From an uncultured Acidobacteriota bacterium (GTDB taxonomy: Bacteria; Acidobacteriota; Thermoanaerobaculia; Multivoradales; JAHEKO01): a stretch of 64,000 nt of DNA. The stretch covers positions 1,664,001-1,728,000 of the forward strand of contig CAVQNG010000003.1 in the NCBI GenBank assembly GCA_963713825.1, given 5' to 3'. The notes beneath the pieces were generated by a model. The model searched no databases. It was not told where the DNA came from and saw only the letters and a program-made list of their open reading frames with translations. This document shows positions 46,862 to 58,400 of this stretch, one piece after another (position 1 is the stretch's first letter; every line of letters starts with the position of its first letter). The position numbers were made by a program, and so were the translations under genes.

Positions 46862-47875
46862 TCAGCGCCCTAGAATTCTTCGACGCTTTCTGGACAGCGC
46901 ATAGAGACGCCGCGGCTCGTCGAATCCCTTGACCTCGCGCTCTCCGAGGTCATGGAATTTGAAGTCCTTGGAGGCCATCTTCTGCGTCGACTCGCAAGCG
47001 ATGATCGAACCAGTCTTCTCGTTGGCGAATTTCTCGATGCGGAAGGCGAGTACCACGGGCTCACCGATCATGGAGAGCCCCATCGCGCCGGTCTCGCCGT
47101 GGCCGGACATCACCACGGTGCCGGTGGCAAGAGCCCAGTCCACATGCAGTGGGAAGCTGTCGATCTGCCAGAGGCCAGGAACCTCGGCCAGTTCCTTGGC
47201 GAGTCGGTCGAGCTTCAGGGCCGCCTCGCAGGCGCTGGCGGCGTGATTCTCCGAGGTCTCCTCCTCCCAGAAAGCGAAGACCGCATCTCCCTGGAATTCT
47301 TTGATCGTGCCTCCGAGAGAGATGATCTCTTTCTCGAGACGCTCGAAGAGTCGGCTCACCGACTCCTGAAGGGCTGAAGTGGTGGCCTGCTGCACCAGTA
47401 CCGTGTAGTCGCGGATGTCCCCGACGAGCACCGTGAGTCTCTTCACCTCTTCCACCTTCATTGTGAGCTTGGAGAACTCGGATGTCGGGACTTCGGTGTC
47501 GCTGGGTTGGTCTCCTTCGAGACGAAACGTCAATTGCCTACCGATGGACAGGGTCTGGCCGACATGAATCTCGGTCTGGAGATTGGGAGACAGTCGCCGA
47601 CCGTCCATCCGAGTTCCGTTGCGGCTCACATCCCGGGCGTGGCAACGGCCGTCCGGATCCTGGGTCAGGATGCAATGCCGCGAGGAGACCGTCGGGTCGA
47701 TGAGCAGCAGGTGGCCGGCGGCCTCGCGGCCCGGACGGTAGCGCCCAATCTCGATTCGATCGAAGAAAGGGTAGCTCGCACCGTCATCGAGACCACCCAC
47801 CTGCACCAACCGTTTGGCAGGGTGCTGGGTGGGTGCCGGTTCGATGTAGCTTTCTACTTTGATTGCCTCACTCAC
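46862..47875 (-). CDS. FHA-domain class III nucleotide cyclase
   Basis: FHA motifs IGR, VSSRHC, SRNGT; cyclase motifs GDIRDYT, KEFQGDAV, LAFRIE, VKGF. Confidence 0.88.
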   Translation of the reverse strand: MSEAIKVESYIEPAPTQHPAKRLVQVGGLDDGASYPFFDRIEIGRYRPGREAAGHLLLIDPTVSSRHCILTQDPDGRCHARDVSRNGTRMDGRRLSPNLQTEIHVGQTLSIGRQLTFRLEGDQPSDTEVPTSEFSKLTMKVEEVKRLTVLVGDIRDYTVLVQQATTSALQESVSRLFERLEKEIISLGGTIKEFQGDAVFAFWEEETSENHAASACEAALKLDRLAKELAEVPGLWQIDSFPLHVDWALATGTVVMSGHGETGAMGLSMIGEPVVLAFRIEKFANEKTGSIIACESTQKMASKDFKFHDLGEREVKGFDEPRRLYALSRKRRRILGR

Positions 47876-47900
47876 CGCCGACTCTCTGTTCCGTTCGGGC

Positions 47901-48281
47901 CTAGCCCCTTAATCGAGCCACTTCGTCACCGAGCTCGCGGACTCGCTGCGACATGGTTTGGACGATTTTAAAGGCAAGTGAGGGATCTACGTGAATTCTC
48001 TTGAGAAAGTTCTTCTTATCTATGGTCAGGACCTTGACCTCACCCTGGGCCCTGAGGGTTGCGGAGCGCACCTCGTGGTCGAAGATTGCCATCTCACCCA
48101 GGAACTCGCCCTCCTCGGCGACTCTCAAGAGGGTCTCGTGGCCGTCTCTCTCGACTAGGATGTCCACCTTCCCCTTCTGGATGACGTACATGACCTTTCC
48201 TACGTCGCCCTGTCGGGTGATGATCTCGCCGTCTTGGTAGACCTTGCCGAGGGCTCCCTTTTCGATCGACTGCTTTCTCAT
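47901..48281 (-). CDS. Stand-alone cyclic nucleotide-binding domain protein
   Basis: QGD-x-G-x-x-MYVIQKGKV, FLGEMAIF...RSAT; ATGA overlap with the upstream gene. Confidence 0.9.
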   Translation of the reverse strand: MRKQSIEKGALGKVYQDGEIITRQGDVGKVMYVIQKGKVDILVERDGHETLLRVAEEGEFLGEMAIFDHEVRSATLRAQGEVKVLTIDKKNFLKRIHVDPSLAFKIVQTMSQRVRELGDEVARLRG

Positions 48282-49657
48282 GGATGGCTCCTTTTGCCGG
48301 GGACTACCGCAGCCAACAGCTCCCAGGACAGTCGGCCCAGCAACCTGGGATGGATGGCTCGTGTGAAGATCTCCAAGTACGCTGCGCTACCCGTGAACAT
48401 GTCCCACAGGACCTGACTGATGTCCTTGTGACGCCCTGGGATGCTCTGCTCCTTCTGGGTCATTCTGAGCATCGCCCGACGTGCGAAGGGCATCATTTGA
48501 ATCAGCTTGGTGCCGCTGAAGGTCACCTTCCCGATGGCGTTGTCGCGCAGGATGGTCTTGAGAATGGGTGCATAGTGGCGCCGAAAAGCCTCCTCTGAGA
48601 TGCCCTCGAACACGGCTGTTGTAGCACAGGCCTTGGCCGTCTTGTAGGCCGCACCGATGCCATCTTTGTAGAGGCGCGTGACGCCGCAGTCGCCGACGAA
48701 GACGATGCGATCTCCGTAGGGCTGGAGCGCTCCCTTGACAGCGATCTTTGGTGAGCATTGGCAAGAGCGGGGCTCGGGGACCCAGTCGTCGGGCATGCAA
48801 TCTCGGACCTCGTCCGAGTTGAGAAAGGCGTCGATGAGTTCCTTGTCGATGGCGTCTCCCAGGAGGCAGACGCTGACGTAATCGCCCTTCGGGATGATGG
48901 CGGCGAACTCCAGCCGCGGGATGTTGAGGAGAAAGACGTGCATGGAATCGCCCAGCGTCTCTGCGATGACCTCTTCTCCAAAGAAGTACTCCCTGATGAA
49001 GGTCTTGGTTGTCTGGGGAGGTTCGTAGCCGAAATCGAGCTCCTTGAAGAGCTTGAGCGCAGGGGAGTTCACCCCAACGGCAGCCACCAGGAGGTCGTAG
49101 CTCTGGGGCTCACCACCCTTCACGGCGAGGCAGGGGCGACCGTTGTCGATGGAGATCTCGGTCACCCGGCCCCGTGTGACATGGGCGCCTCTAGCAACGG
49201 CTAGCTCCTCGAGATGATGATCGAAGCTGCCCCACTTGCGGACCTGAATGTCGCGAGGCCCAGCGCCCCGATAGACGGCCGCGATGCGCTTCTCCTCAAT
49301 CGGAGTCTCGATGCGGACCGTTCCGACATCCATGTGCAGGACGTAGGACTCGATGCCCCTCTGCACTACGGTGTCCGGCAGGTTGATGCCCTCTGCAGCG
49401 AGGTTCTGAACCAGGGTTTCGGAAATGATGCCGCCGCACATGTTGCAGCCGCCCGGTGCGACGCAGGAGAAGTCTCTGGGCTCGTAGATTTCGACGTCGA
49501 TCTCGAGGTCGGCACGGTCGGCCATTTCGAGCAGGAAGTAGCTCGCAAACGAGCCCGCGGGTCCGCCTCCAATGACAGCGACTCGGGAACCGTCGACCAG
49601 CTCCAGACAGTCCTGACTGGGTTGGGCCTGACTGGATTGGGGATGCGAGTCTGCCAT
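48278..49657 (-). CDS. FAD-dependent oxidoreductase (geranylgeranyl reductase-like)
   Basis: VIGGGPAG, GCNMCGG, VFVGDCG...DGIGAA; AAAGGAG RBS. Confidence 0.82.
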   Translation of the reverse strand: MADSHPQSSQAQPSQDCLELVDGSRVAVIGGGPAGSFASYFLLEMADRADLEIDVEIYEPRDFSCVAPGGCNMCGGIISETLVQNLAAEGINLPDTVVQRGIESYVLHMDVGTVRIETPIEEKRIAAVYRGAGPRDIQVRKWGSFDHHLEELAVARGAHVTRGRVTEISIDNGRPCLAVKGGEPQSYDLLVAAVGVNSPALKLFKELDFGYEPPQTTKTFIREYFFGEEVIAETLGDSMHVFLLNIPRLEFAAIIPKGDYVSVCLLGDAIDKELIDAFLNSDEVRDCMPDDWVPEPRSCQCSPKIAVKGALQPYGDRIVFVGDCGVTRLYKDGIGAAYKTAKACATTAVFEGISEEAFRRHYAPILKTILRDNAIGKVTFSGTKLIQMMPFARRAMLRMTQKEQSIPGRHKDISQVLWDMFTGSAAYLEIFTRAIHPRLLGRLSWELLAAVVPGKRSHP

Positions 49658-49987
49658 CGGCACTCCTTTCGTCTGCCGAGCACAGTTCCTCTGTGTTCGA
49701 CCAGCGCGTATTGAGCTCACGGATGACGCGGAGCTTCGGCGCCGGCCCCCGAGGCCGGGGCCGCTCTGTCTTCCGTGTTCAGGACTCGTCCACCTGCCCA
49801 GCAAAGTATTTGGTTGTGGAAGACCGCGCCACCCCAATTCGGGTGGTGGGCTGCGCTATCCGTTGGGGTGGGCCGATCGACGCATAGCCAAATGTCGATA
49901 GGGTCGCGGGTAGATTGGATTGACTGCCGAGCGTGTCTGTGCGAGCGTTTCAAGTTGGACTGCGTTGGATCCAATCCGGGAGGCCGC

Positions 49988-51586
<1,599 letters not shown>

Positions 51587-51612
51587 TGGCCCGGACTTGG
51601 GTAGGCTCCTTC

Positions 51613-53274
51613 CTATTGCTTGCGAAGCAGTAGCAGCGTCCGATCGTCGGCGTAGGGAGCTCCCTCGACGAACTCTTCCAGCGCGTTCTCGATCGTTCGG
51701 GTCAAGGTTCCCAGTTCGGCATGCCGATTGCTGGCCACGACCTCGGCCAGGCGCTCGGTCCCGAACTCCTCGTCAGCAGGATTGGTGGCTTCGATGAAGC
51801 CGTCCGTAAAGAGAACCAGGGTATCCCCGGATTCGAGAAGGGCACTCGACTCCGAGTACTCGATGCTCGGGAAAGCCCCCAGGGGCGGTCCGGTGGAGCC
51901 CAAGCGGAGGACATTGCCTTTCGATCCCACCAAGAGGCCGGGGTGGCCGGCACTCGCGTAGCGCAGTATCCGACCGTGTGGTTCGACGACTACCATGAAG
52001 GCAGTGGCGAAACGGTTGGGCAGGGTTCTCGAGTGTAGGCGTCGATTGACTCGAGTGCAGATCTCGGCCGGCGACCGCCCCACCTCGATGGGCCCGGCTG
52101 CCAGGGCCTCCAGGGAGAGGGTGGTCAACGATGCGCAGAGTCCCTTGCCGCAAACGTCGGCGATGATGAGCACCGTTTCTTTTCCCCCGAGGCGCTCGAC
52201 GGCCTGGTAGTAGTCTCCCGACACCCCGCGTGATGGCATGATCGAACCTGTCAGATCGTAGCCGTCGATCGTCGGCAGCTTGGTGGGAAGCACCGCGGTC
52301 TGGATGCTACGAGCCAGGTTCAGGTCGGCTTCGTAACGATGTCGCTCAGCGGCCTCTTGGGCGGCCCGCTGAGCGAGCTTGACGTTGTGGATGCGCAGAG
52401 ACGCGATGGAGGCGAGAGACGCCAGGAGATCGCGATCGTCTTTACCGAAAGAAGACTTTCCCTGGTTGGAAGCCAAGGCGATCATGCCGAGCGAGCCTTC
52501 GGGGTCCGACAGGGGCGCTGCAACGAGACTGTGGACCCCGATGCTCAGCACGCTGTCGGCCGTGTCAAACCGCTCGTCGTGGGCAGCATCAGTTACCAGT
52601 GCCGCCATTCCGTTATCCGCTACCTGGTGCAGGAGCGTCTCGGAGTACAGGTGCTCGATTCCGGGGCCGTCCGCGCTGCGTTCGGCGGCGAGGTAGTAGT
52701 CGCCGTTGTCTCGCTTGAGGAAGATCACCTCCTGGTCGGGCTGAAGAGTCTCGAAGCAGCGATTGAGAATCAAGTCGAGTAGCTCGTCCAATTGGAGGGT
52801 CCCACTCAGCTCGCGGTGGATCGAGTGCAGCAGTTGGAGTCGATCGGTCTGTCGCCGGAAGGATCCGCGCTGGGATAGGCTCGCGAGGTCGGTCGGACTG
52901 TCCGAATCGATGAGTTCGGATGCCCGCCGATACTCGGTGTTGTGCTCGGTAACCGGGTCTCTGCGGGGCGTGGGCGTCTCGATCCCGTCCGAGAGCAGGG
53001 TGATGTAGCTCGTCGAGAGCCGCAGCTCGTCACCAGGATGGATCTCTGTTGGTTCTTCAACGCGTTGGTCGTTGACCCAGGTGCCGTTGCTAGAGCCGAG
53101 ATCCTCGACCCAGACGTGCTCTCCTGTGCGATAGAGCCGGGCATGCTGGCGAGAAAGAAACCTGTCCTTGACGACCAGATCGGACTCCGACACTCGACCG
53201 ATCGAGATCGACTCTTCTTCCAGGGGATACTCGAAGTCCTCCCCTTGGCTCGGGAACACTCGCAGGCGATACAT
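51613..53274 (-). CDS. FHA-GAF-SpoIIE (PP2C) protein phosphatase
   Basis: IGR, SRQHA, SSNGT; VSGDYY, ADVCGKG, FTDG, DDRT. Confidence 0.92.
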   Translation of the reverse strand: MYRLRVFPSQGEDFEYPLEEESISIGRVSESDLVVKDRFLSRQHARLYRTGEHVWVEDLGSSNGTWVNDQRVEEPTEIHPGDELRLSTSYITLLSDGIETPTPRRDPVTEHNTEYRRASELIDSDSPTDLASLSQRGSFRRQTDRLQLLHSIHRELSGTLQLDELLDLILNRCFETLQPDQEVIFLKRDNGDYYLAAERSADGPGIEHLYSETLLHQVADNGMAALVTDAAHDERFDTADSVLSIGVHSLVAAPLSDPEGSLGMIALASNQGKSSFGKDDRDLLASLASIASLRIHNVKLAQRAAQEAAERHRYEADLNLARSIQTAVLPTKLPTIDGYDLTGSIMPSRGVSGDYYQAVERLGGKETVLIIADVCGKGLCASLTTLSLEALAAGPIEVGRSPAEICTRVNRRLHSRTLPNRFATAFMVVVEPHGRILRYASAGHPGLLVGSKGNVLRLGSTGPPLGAFPSIEYSESSALLESGDTLVLFTDGFIEATNPADEEFGTERLAEVVASNRHAELGTLTRTIENALEEFVEGAPYADDRTLLLLRKQ

Positions 53275-53343
53275 GGTTCCCTCCTGTCTGGCTTCCTACA
53301 AGTCTACAGACTTCGGTAAGACGGTGCAGGGCGGAGGATGGCA

Positions 53344-53712
53344 TCAGCTGTCAGATGGGTCGACCGGCCGCCTAGAGCGCTTCTTTTGTGACTCTCGCAC
53401 TCTTTCCTGCCGCTCTCGCTGACGCACAGAGGTCCTCTTCTTGGTGGGCTTTCTCGGTGGATCTTCGTGAAAGTGCTCGGCCAGCCGGCGAGCCAACCGT
53501 TCAAGAGCGATCTTGCGGTTCCGGAGCTGAGACCTGGAGTCGCCTGCCGTGACGACAATGCCTGTGGGAAGGTGCTTCAAGCGGACGGCCGAGTAGGTGC
53601 GGTTCCGGTGCTGTCCACCGGGCCCCGACGCCTGATAGACGGAGACCTCGACCTCGTTCTCCAGGTCTTCGAGATCGGGCACGCCGCCCTGTTCCTTCCT
53701 CTCTTCGGTCAT
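53344..53712 (-). CDS. Peptide chain release factor-like peptidyl-tRNA hydrolase (ArfB/YaeJ-like)
   Basis: SGPGGQH, SRSQLRN, basic C-terminal tail. Confidence 0.85.
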   Translation of the reverse strand: MTEERKEQGGVPDLEDLENEVEVSVYQASGPGGQHRNRTYSAVRLKHLPTGIVVTAGDSRSQLRNRKIALERLARRLAEHFHEDPPRKPTKKRTSVRQRERQERVRESQKKRSRRPVDPSDS

Positions 53713-53920
53713 CTGACTACCCCTTCGAGTCTCGCACCGTTCGAGCCAATGAGGCAATATCCTGTGAGGTCCGCTCGGGCACCGATCAGGCCTTCAGGCC
53801 TTGAGGCAGTATGGCATTAGGAAGTAGGGGCGTCGGGGCCTAGGGGGTGGTTCCTTGAAAGGAGCCTCGGTACTTTCAGGCTCTCTCAGAGCCAAAAAGC
53901 GATGAACAGTCCCCGTCATT

Positions 53921-54016
53921 GCCCCACTGCCTCAAAGGTGGGCCGGAGGGACGACGGACTTTTCAACCTCCAAGCCCCCAAAGGTCGGCCGGGAGCCACG
54001 ACCGGACGCCTCAACC
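53921..54016 (+). repeat. REP-like hairpin pair, family 3
   Basis: CCTCAAAGG...GGAGGGACG...TCAACC unit followed by a second unit. Confidence 0.7.
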
Positions 54017-54904
54017 TTCAATCTTCTTGTACCAATCGGCGAGACCGGCACCGATTCCGTGGGGGTTGTCTTCTTGCACGTAGTGGATGCCCTTGCCGAT
54101 GTCCACGCCCTCGATATTGGGCAGGTTGGCGAGCAGCTTGTCGGCAAGTGGGCGAGGAATCAGACCGCCCGGAGTTGCATAGAACAAGAGCTTCGGCAGA
54201 TGGGTCTTCCCCAGCCATTCCGCATAGCTCTCCACGGCTGCCTGAACGTCGCCAGGGTCACCGTCGATGGGGATCTCCCGGGGCCACTGGCGCACCGGGA
54301 GTCGACTGGCAATTGTGGGGAAGGGCTCTGCGTAGTGGGCCATTTCCTCAGCGGTGAGTGTTCGCGCTGTGGCTTTCGGCAATAACCTCTGAATGAAGAC
54401 ATTCCCCACGGAGATCATCAACCAACCCACTCCCGATGTCCGAAAGAGCTTGAACCCCATCTTGTAGTCGGGCGGGAAGTCGCTCCAGCGTGATGGCTGG
54501 ACGATGGCCTCCATGAAGGCTACTCCCTTCACATTTGCCTCATGGCGGCAGGCGTAGTGAAACCCCAGGCCCGAGCCCCAGTCGTGAATCACCAGAGTCA
54601 CGTTCTTGAGGTCGAGAGCCTCGATGAAGCCCTCGAGGTACTTCGAATGGTCGAAGAATCGGTAGGGGATGTCCGGCTTGTCGGATCGGCCCATGCCGAT
54701 GAGATCGGGCGCGATAGCCCGAGCCACGGGAGTGACGTAGGGGATGATGTTGCGCCACAAATAGGACGAGGTCGGATTGCCGTGCAGAAACAGAACGGGA
54801 TCCCCCTCCCCCTCGTCGATGTAGTGCATCTTCGAGCCGAGAACCTCTACGTACTTGGACTCGAACGGGAACTCGGCAGAGATCGGTTGCTCAGAAGTCA
54901 TCAT
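54011..54904 (-). CDS. Haloalkane dehalogenase (DhaA/LinB-like)
   Basis: HGNPTSSYLWRN, HDWG nucleophile, FMEA, WPREIP, HYVQED. Confidence 0.92.
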   Translation of the reverse strand: MMTSEQPISAEFPFESKYVEVLGSKMHYIDEGEGDPVLFLHGNPTSSYLWRNIIPYVTPVARAIAPDLIGMGRSDKPDIPYRFFDHSKYLEGFIEALDLKNVTLVIHDWGSGLGFHYACRHEANVKGVAFMEAIVQPSRWSDFPPDYKMGFKLFRTSGVGWLMISVGNVFIQRLLPKATARTLTAEEMAHYAEPFPTIASRLPVRQWPREIPIDGDPGDVQAAVESYAEWLGKTHLPKLLFYATPGGLIPRPLADKLLANLPNIEGVDIGKGIHYVQEDNPHGIGAGLADWYKKIEG

Positions 54905-54980
54905 CAGCTCCTCGTGTGGCGGCCCGGTTCGACTTACCCGATTGGTTTGGGAAGCAGTATACCCAGCGCCGTTGTCGACA

Positions 54981-55060
54981 AGGGTTCGACGTGGTGCCCC
55001 CAGGGGGCTATCCTCCCTTCCGCTGCAAGAACCCCCATGGAGGTCCCCACGCCAAACCCT
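54981..55060. repeat. Hairpin repeat, family 2
   Basis: Matches 36980 and 61601. Confidence 0.88.
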
Positions 55061-55177
55061 AGACCGGAATTGTCGAGAGTGGGATCGACCAAGTGGTCTC
55101 CTGAGTCTGCGGCCTCACCCGTGCATACCCCGCCGGTTCAAGTGACCCCTTGTCTAATTTTGCACCGTCGGTTCCAG

Positions 55178-55340
55178 GAGGTTCGTTCGGGTGGTTTGCA
55201 GGGGGCGCCGAGTCGAGCGCAGCGCCAGGTCCTTGACAGGTCACAGGAGATGGGGCGCGATGACGAGACGAGGTGACGGCCAGCCCGTCATAGTCTGAGT
55301 AGCCGTCGCCGTCCGCCAGCGAGCCACCCGGACGGACCTC
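55178..55340 (-). repeat. Palindromic element, family 1, copy D
   Basis: Reverse complement of copies A, C and E. Confidence 0.9.
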
Positions 55341-55465
55341 TTCGAGATACCTGTCCCATGCCGAGGGCATCTTTCCGCGGTAGACTACGCGAGCCCGGTG
55401 TCTGGCCGGGTGATTCGAAATTCGCACCCACCTTCTGTGCCCATTGCACCCTTTGGAGGTTGAGA

Positions 55466-58400
55466 ATGACCCACTCCTGTCCATCCTCGTTTTCTTTTAC
55501 TTGCTGGATTCGTCGGATCACCTTGGGACTCGCGCTGGTCGCACTGCTTCCCTTGTCCGCGGTGGCTGCTGACGGCGAAGCCCGGCTGTTGCGCTACCCG
55601 TCGATTCACGAGGACTTCGTGGTCTTTGTTTATGGCGGCGATCTTTGGCGGGTTCCGGTTGAAGGCGGCCGAGCCTTTCGGCTCACTTCGCACGAGGGCA
55701 CCGAGCTCACTCCGAAGATCTCGCCCGACGGGGAGTGGGTGGCGTTTTCCGGGGAATACAGCGGTTCGCGGCAGGTCTACGTGATGCCCTCCGATGGCGG
55801 CACCCCGAAGCAGCTCACCTTCTACAACGATGTCGGGAGCATGCCCCCGCGAGGCGGCTTTGATTATTGGGTTCAGGGATGGTGCCCGGACGGCAAGATC
55901 CTGGTGCGGATGAACCGGACTCCCTGGGGGCAGCGTCCGGGTCTCTACTACCTGGTGGATCCGGCCGGTGGTCTCGAGGAGCGGCTGCCGATCCAGGTGG
56001 GAGGCAGCGCCAGCTGCTCTCCGGACGGCACGAGTCTCGCCTTCACCTACTTCGACCGAGAGTTCCGGACCTGGAAGCGCCACATGGGTGGGCGCAACCA
56101 GGACATCTGGACTTTCGATCTCGATGCCATGGCTTCGGAGCGCCTGACTGATTGGGCAGGGTCCGACAACTTCCCGATGTGGCACGGCGACACGATCTTC
56201 TTCACCTCGGACCGCGAACACACGCTGAACATCTTCGCCTACGACAAAGCGACCGGCGCGACTCGGAAGATCACGGACTTCGACGAATACGATGTGTTGT
56301 GGCCGAGCTTGGGGCCAGACGCAATTGTCTTCATGAACGGTGGTTGGCTGTACCGGCTGGATCTCGCCACCGAGCAGGTCGAGAAGATTCCGGTCACCAT
56401 CACTTCTGGTCTGCCCTCCACGTTGCCCCGATGGGAGGATGTCAGCGACAACATCGACGTGTCGGATGTGTCGCCTGGTGGCAGTCGGGCGATCTTCGAA
56501 GCACGCGGCGACCTCTACACCGTGCCGGCCAAGGACGGAGCGACCCGCAATCTCACGGACACTCAGGGAGTTCGGGAGAGCGCCCCGAGGTGGTCACCCG
56601 ACGGTCGGTGGATCGCCTACTACTCCGACGTCACCGGCGAGATGGAGCTGTATGTCCGCGAGCAGGATGGCTCCGCGGATCCGAGACAGCTCACGCAGGG
56701 TGGTTCCGAGTGGCGGTTCCCGGCGGAGTGGAGCCCCGACTCCAAGAAGCTGGCCTACTCCGATAGCGATCGCAACCTCAACGTCATCGATGTCGCGAGC
56801 GGTGCCGTGACGGTGGCGGATACCGACTCCCAGGGATTCATCGACACCTATCGGTGGTCGCCGGACAGCAAGTGGCTGGCGTTCGAAAAAGGGCATCCGG
56901 AAACGACTCTACCTGGCCTGGCGATCTATTCGCTGGCCAGTGGCGAGGTTCAGATGCTGGGCGATGGGCTCACTGTCGACTTCGCTCCGGCCTGGGGTTC
57001 CGGCGGCAAGTACCTTTTCTTCCTGAGCAACCGCGACTACAACCTGAATTTCTCCGATTTCGAGTTCAACTACGTCTACGACAACTCCACGAGAGTCTTC
57101 GCTGTCGCGCTGGTTCCGGAAGCGGACGCCCTCTTCCCCTTGAAGAGTGACGAAGTGGAGGTGGATAGCGACGACGAGGAGTCGGCCGGCAACGGAGACG
57201 GCAACGGTGACGAAGATGAGAAGTCGGCACCTGAAGTTGCGGTGGCACTCGAGGGTCTGACAGCAAGAACCTTGGCGGTACCAGGAGTGACAGCCGGCAA
57301 CTACGGCAATCTGAGCGCCGTCGAAGGGGCACTGCTCTATCTGAAGATCCCGGACGATGGACCACCTGCGCTGGTGCGATTCGACTTAGAGGAGCGCGAG
57401 GAAAAGGAAGTCGTCACCGGAGTCGCGGACTATCGACTGGCGGCACGCGGTGAGAAGGTGCTCTACCAGTCGGGAGGCAAGTGGTCCATTGCGGATGCCA
57501 AGCCCGACTCCAAGGGTGACGAGCTCGATCTCTCCGATCTGCGCATGCGGCTCGATCCGCGAGCCGAGTGGGCTCAAATGTTCCACGAGGACTGGCGCAT
57601 AGGTCGCGACTGGTTCTACGACTCGGAAATGCACGGCATCGGCTGGGACCAGATGAAAGAGCGCTACGGAGCCCTGGTTCCGTACATATCGACCCGAGCC
57701 GACCTGGATTTCATCTTCGGCGAGATGGTGGGTGAGCTCGAGGCCGGTCACACCTATGTGCAGAGCGGCGAAGACCAGGGGGTGGATCGTGTCGAGGGCG
57801 GCATGCTCGGCGCTGAGCTTGAGGCCGACAGCTCTGGTCGCTACCGCATTGCCAAGATCTTCGCCGGTGAGAACTGGGACGACGGCTATCGCTCGCCGCT
57901 GACCGAGCTGGGCGTCGACGTCTCAGTCGGGGACTACCTGCTGGCCATTGATGGAGTCGAGCTCACCACCGAGCAGAATCCGTATCAGCTGTTGGAGGGC
58001 AAGGGTGGCAAGCAGGTAGCGCTGACGGTCAACTCGGAACCCTCCAAGGCCGGATCTCGAACCGAGACCGTCAAGACCATCACCAGTGAGCGCAACCTCC
58101 GCTATCTGGACTGGGTGATGAGCCGGGCGGCACTGGTCAACGAGCTTTCCGGTGGTCGGATCGGCTACATCCATCTCCCCAACACCGCCGGTGAGGGTAA
58201 CCGCATGCTGCAGAAGCTCTTCTACAGCCAGTCGCAGAAAGATGGCCTCATCATCGACGACCGATACAACGGCGGCGGCTTCATTCCCGACCGGATGATC
58301 GAGATGTTGTCGCGGACCACTCTCTCCTTCTGGACTCGGAGAGGTGTCGAAGCCAACCGCACTCCCGGCTTTGCTCACGATGGGCCCAAGGTGATGCTGA

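Noticed and set aside
46862-48281. Pycsar anti-phage system
   Set aside because: The cNMP protein has no TIR or TM effector domain, the cyclase is FHA-fused, and there is no defence-island context; nucleotide specificity remains untested
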